The notes under the pieces were generated by a model. It ran no database searches and had not been told where the DNA came from. It saw nothing but the letters and a program-made list of their open reading frames with translations. From contig CAWHIU010000001.1 in assembly GCA_963829475.1 (NCBI GenBank), forward strand, positions 87,068 through 151,067: a stretch of 64,000 nucleotides of DNA, read 5' to 3'. This stretch comes from an uncultured Actinomycetes bacterium (GTDB taxonomy: Bacteria > Actinomycetota > Acidimicrobiia > IMCC26256 > JANYLB01). A program made the translations under genes and the position numbers. Positions 63,293-64,000 of the stretch are shown here, one piece after another. Position 1 is the first letter of the stretch. Each line of letters starts with the position of its first letter.

Positions 63293-64000
63293 GAACCGTG
63301 CGAGCTCTCCGATGTGACCGAAGAGCTGCGGGTAGATCCCGATCACGACCACCGTTGCGGCGCACAGGGAGATCGCGACGCCGAGCGCGGCCGGGATCTC
63401 GACGGTCCGGGTTCCTTCGACCGCGGGCTCCTTGAACCACATCTGGCGGACGACCGCGGTGTAGTAGAAGAACGCGATCACCGAGTTCACCGCCGCGATC
63501 ACACCGAGGACAGTCGCCCAGGGCGTTCCGGCGTCGAGCACGGCGCGGAAGAGCATGAACTTGGCGTACCAACCGGCCAACGGCGGGACGCCGGCGAGCG
63601 AGAACAGGAAGATCGACATCAGGATCGCGAGCACCGGCGCGAACTGGCCGAGCCCGGCGTAGCTCGAGATCTCCGCCGGAACGTGTGCGGCGCGAGACCG
63701 CGATCACGACGGCGAACGCACCGAGGTTCATCGCCGCGTAGATGAGCAGGTAGGTGACCACCGCCTCGAGGGCAGCCGCGGGCGCCGTTCTGGGCCACCG
63801 CGAGCGGAACGAGGATGAAGCCACCCTGTGCGACCGACGAGTAGGCGAGCATCCGGACGATGTTGGTCTGGCGCAGCGCGACGAGGTTCCCGACCGTCAT
63901 CGACAGCGCGGCGAGCACCCAGAGCACCGGCTGCCACGAGTCGATGCTCGGGAAGAACCCGACGTAGACGACCGTGAGCAGGGCGACGAAGCCACCCGCC
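63290..64000 (-). pseudogene. nuoN: NADH-quinone oxidoreductase subunit N, C-terminal part (runs off the right edge), two frame breaks as sequenced
   Basis: The segments are ...[48 protein letters not shown], then [28 protein letters not shown], then [42 protein letters not shown]...GIYPQLF. The shifts are near 63780 and 63675. Confidence 0.8.

Overview
Very GC-rich bacterial chromosome segment. Gene order resembles Actinomycetota, matching the Mycobacterium-type order rplM-rpsI-glmM...glmS-acpS-nnr-alr...tsaE-tsaB-rimI-tsaD-groES. Almost everything is on the minus strand. From right to left the window holds: nuoN 3' end, a MidA-like methyltransferase, acs plus a HAD phosphatase, a tRNA-Tyr/Thr/Met cluster, tuf copy 2, rpmG, tRNA-Trp, secE-nusG-rplKA-rplJL-rpoBC, rpsL-rpsG-fusA-tuf copy 1, the S10/spc/alpha ribosomal operons through rplQ-truA, a small plus-strand accessory patch (18.0-22.4 kb), rplM-rpsI-glmM, an oversized GlmS-like gene, acpS-nnr-alr, the t6A genes, groES with a perfect CIRCE operator, a convergent acyl-CoA synthetase, and pilB-pilC. 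The accessory patch carries an alkaline-phosphatase-family enzyme, an RHH regulator, an SPPY DNA methyltransferase fused to or followed by PD-(D/E)xK-like domains, and a lipoprotein. Main observations: (1) An undescribed ~85-104 nt intergenic repeat family has 7 full units plus partial or degenerate ones at 4-5 loci. Every array starts exactly on a CTAG containing the upstream gene's TAG stop, in the orientation of that gene. (2) The RHH-methyltransferase-nuclease-fold module is the only defence-like element. (3) Two almost identical tuf genes have codon usage foreign to their neighbours. (4) A 1164-aa GlmS-like protein occupies the glmS locus. (5) About 20 frame disruptions are unevenly distributed and include essential genes (rpoA, rplB, rpsL, both tuf, map). 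I read most of these as sequence-quality indels and they need read-level checking. No CRISPR array, transposase or rRNA was seen. All coordinates and translations were derived by hand from the sequence. No database search was possible.
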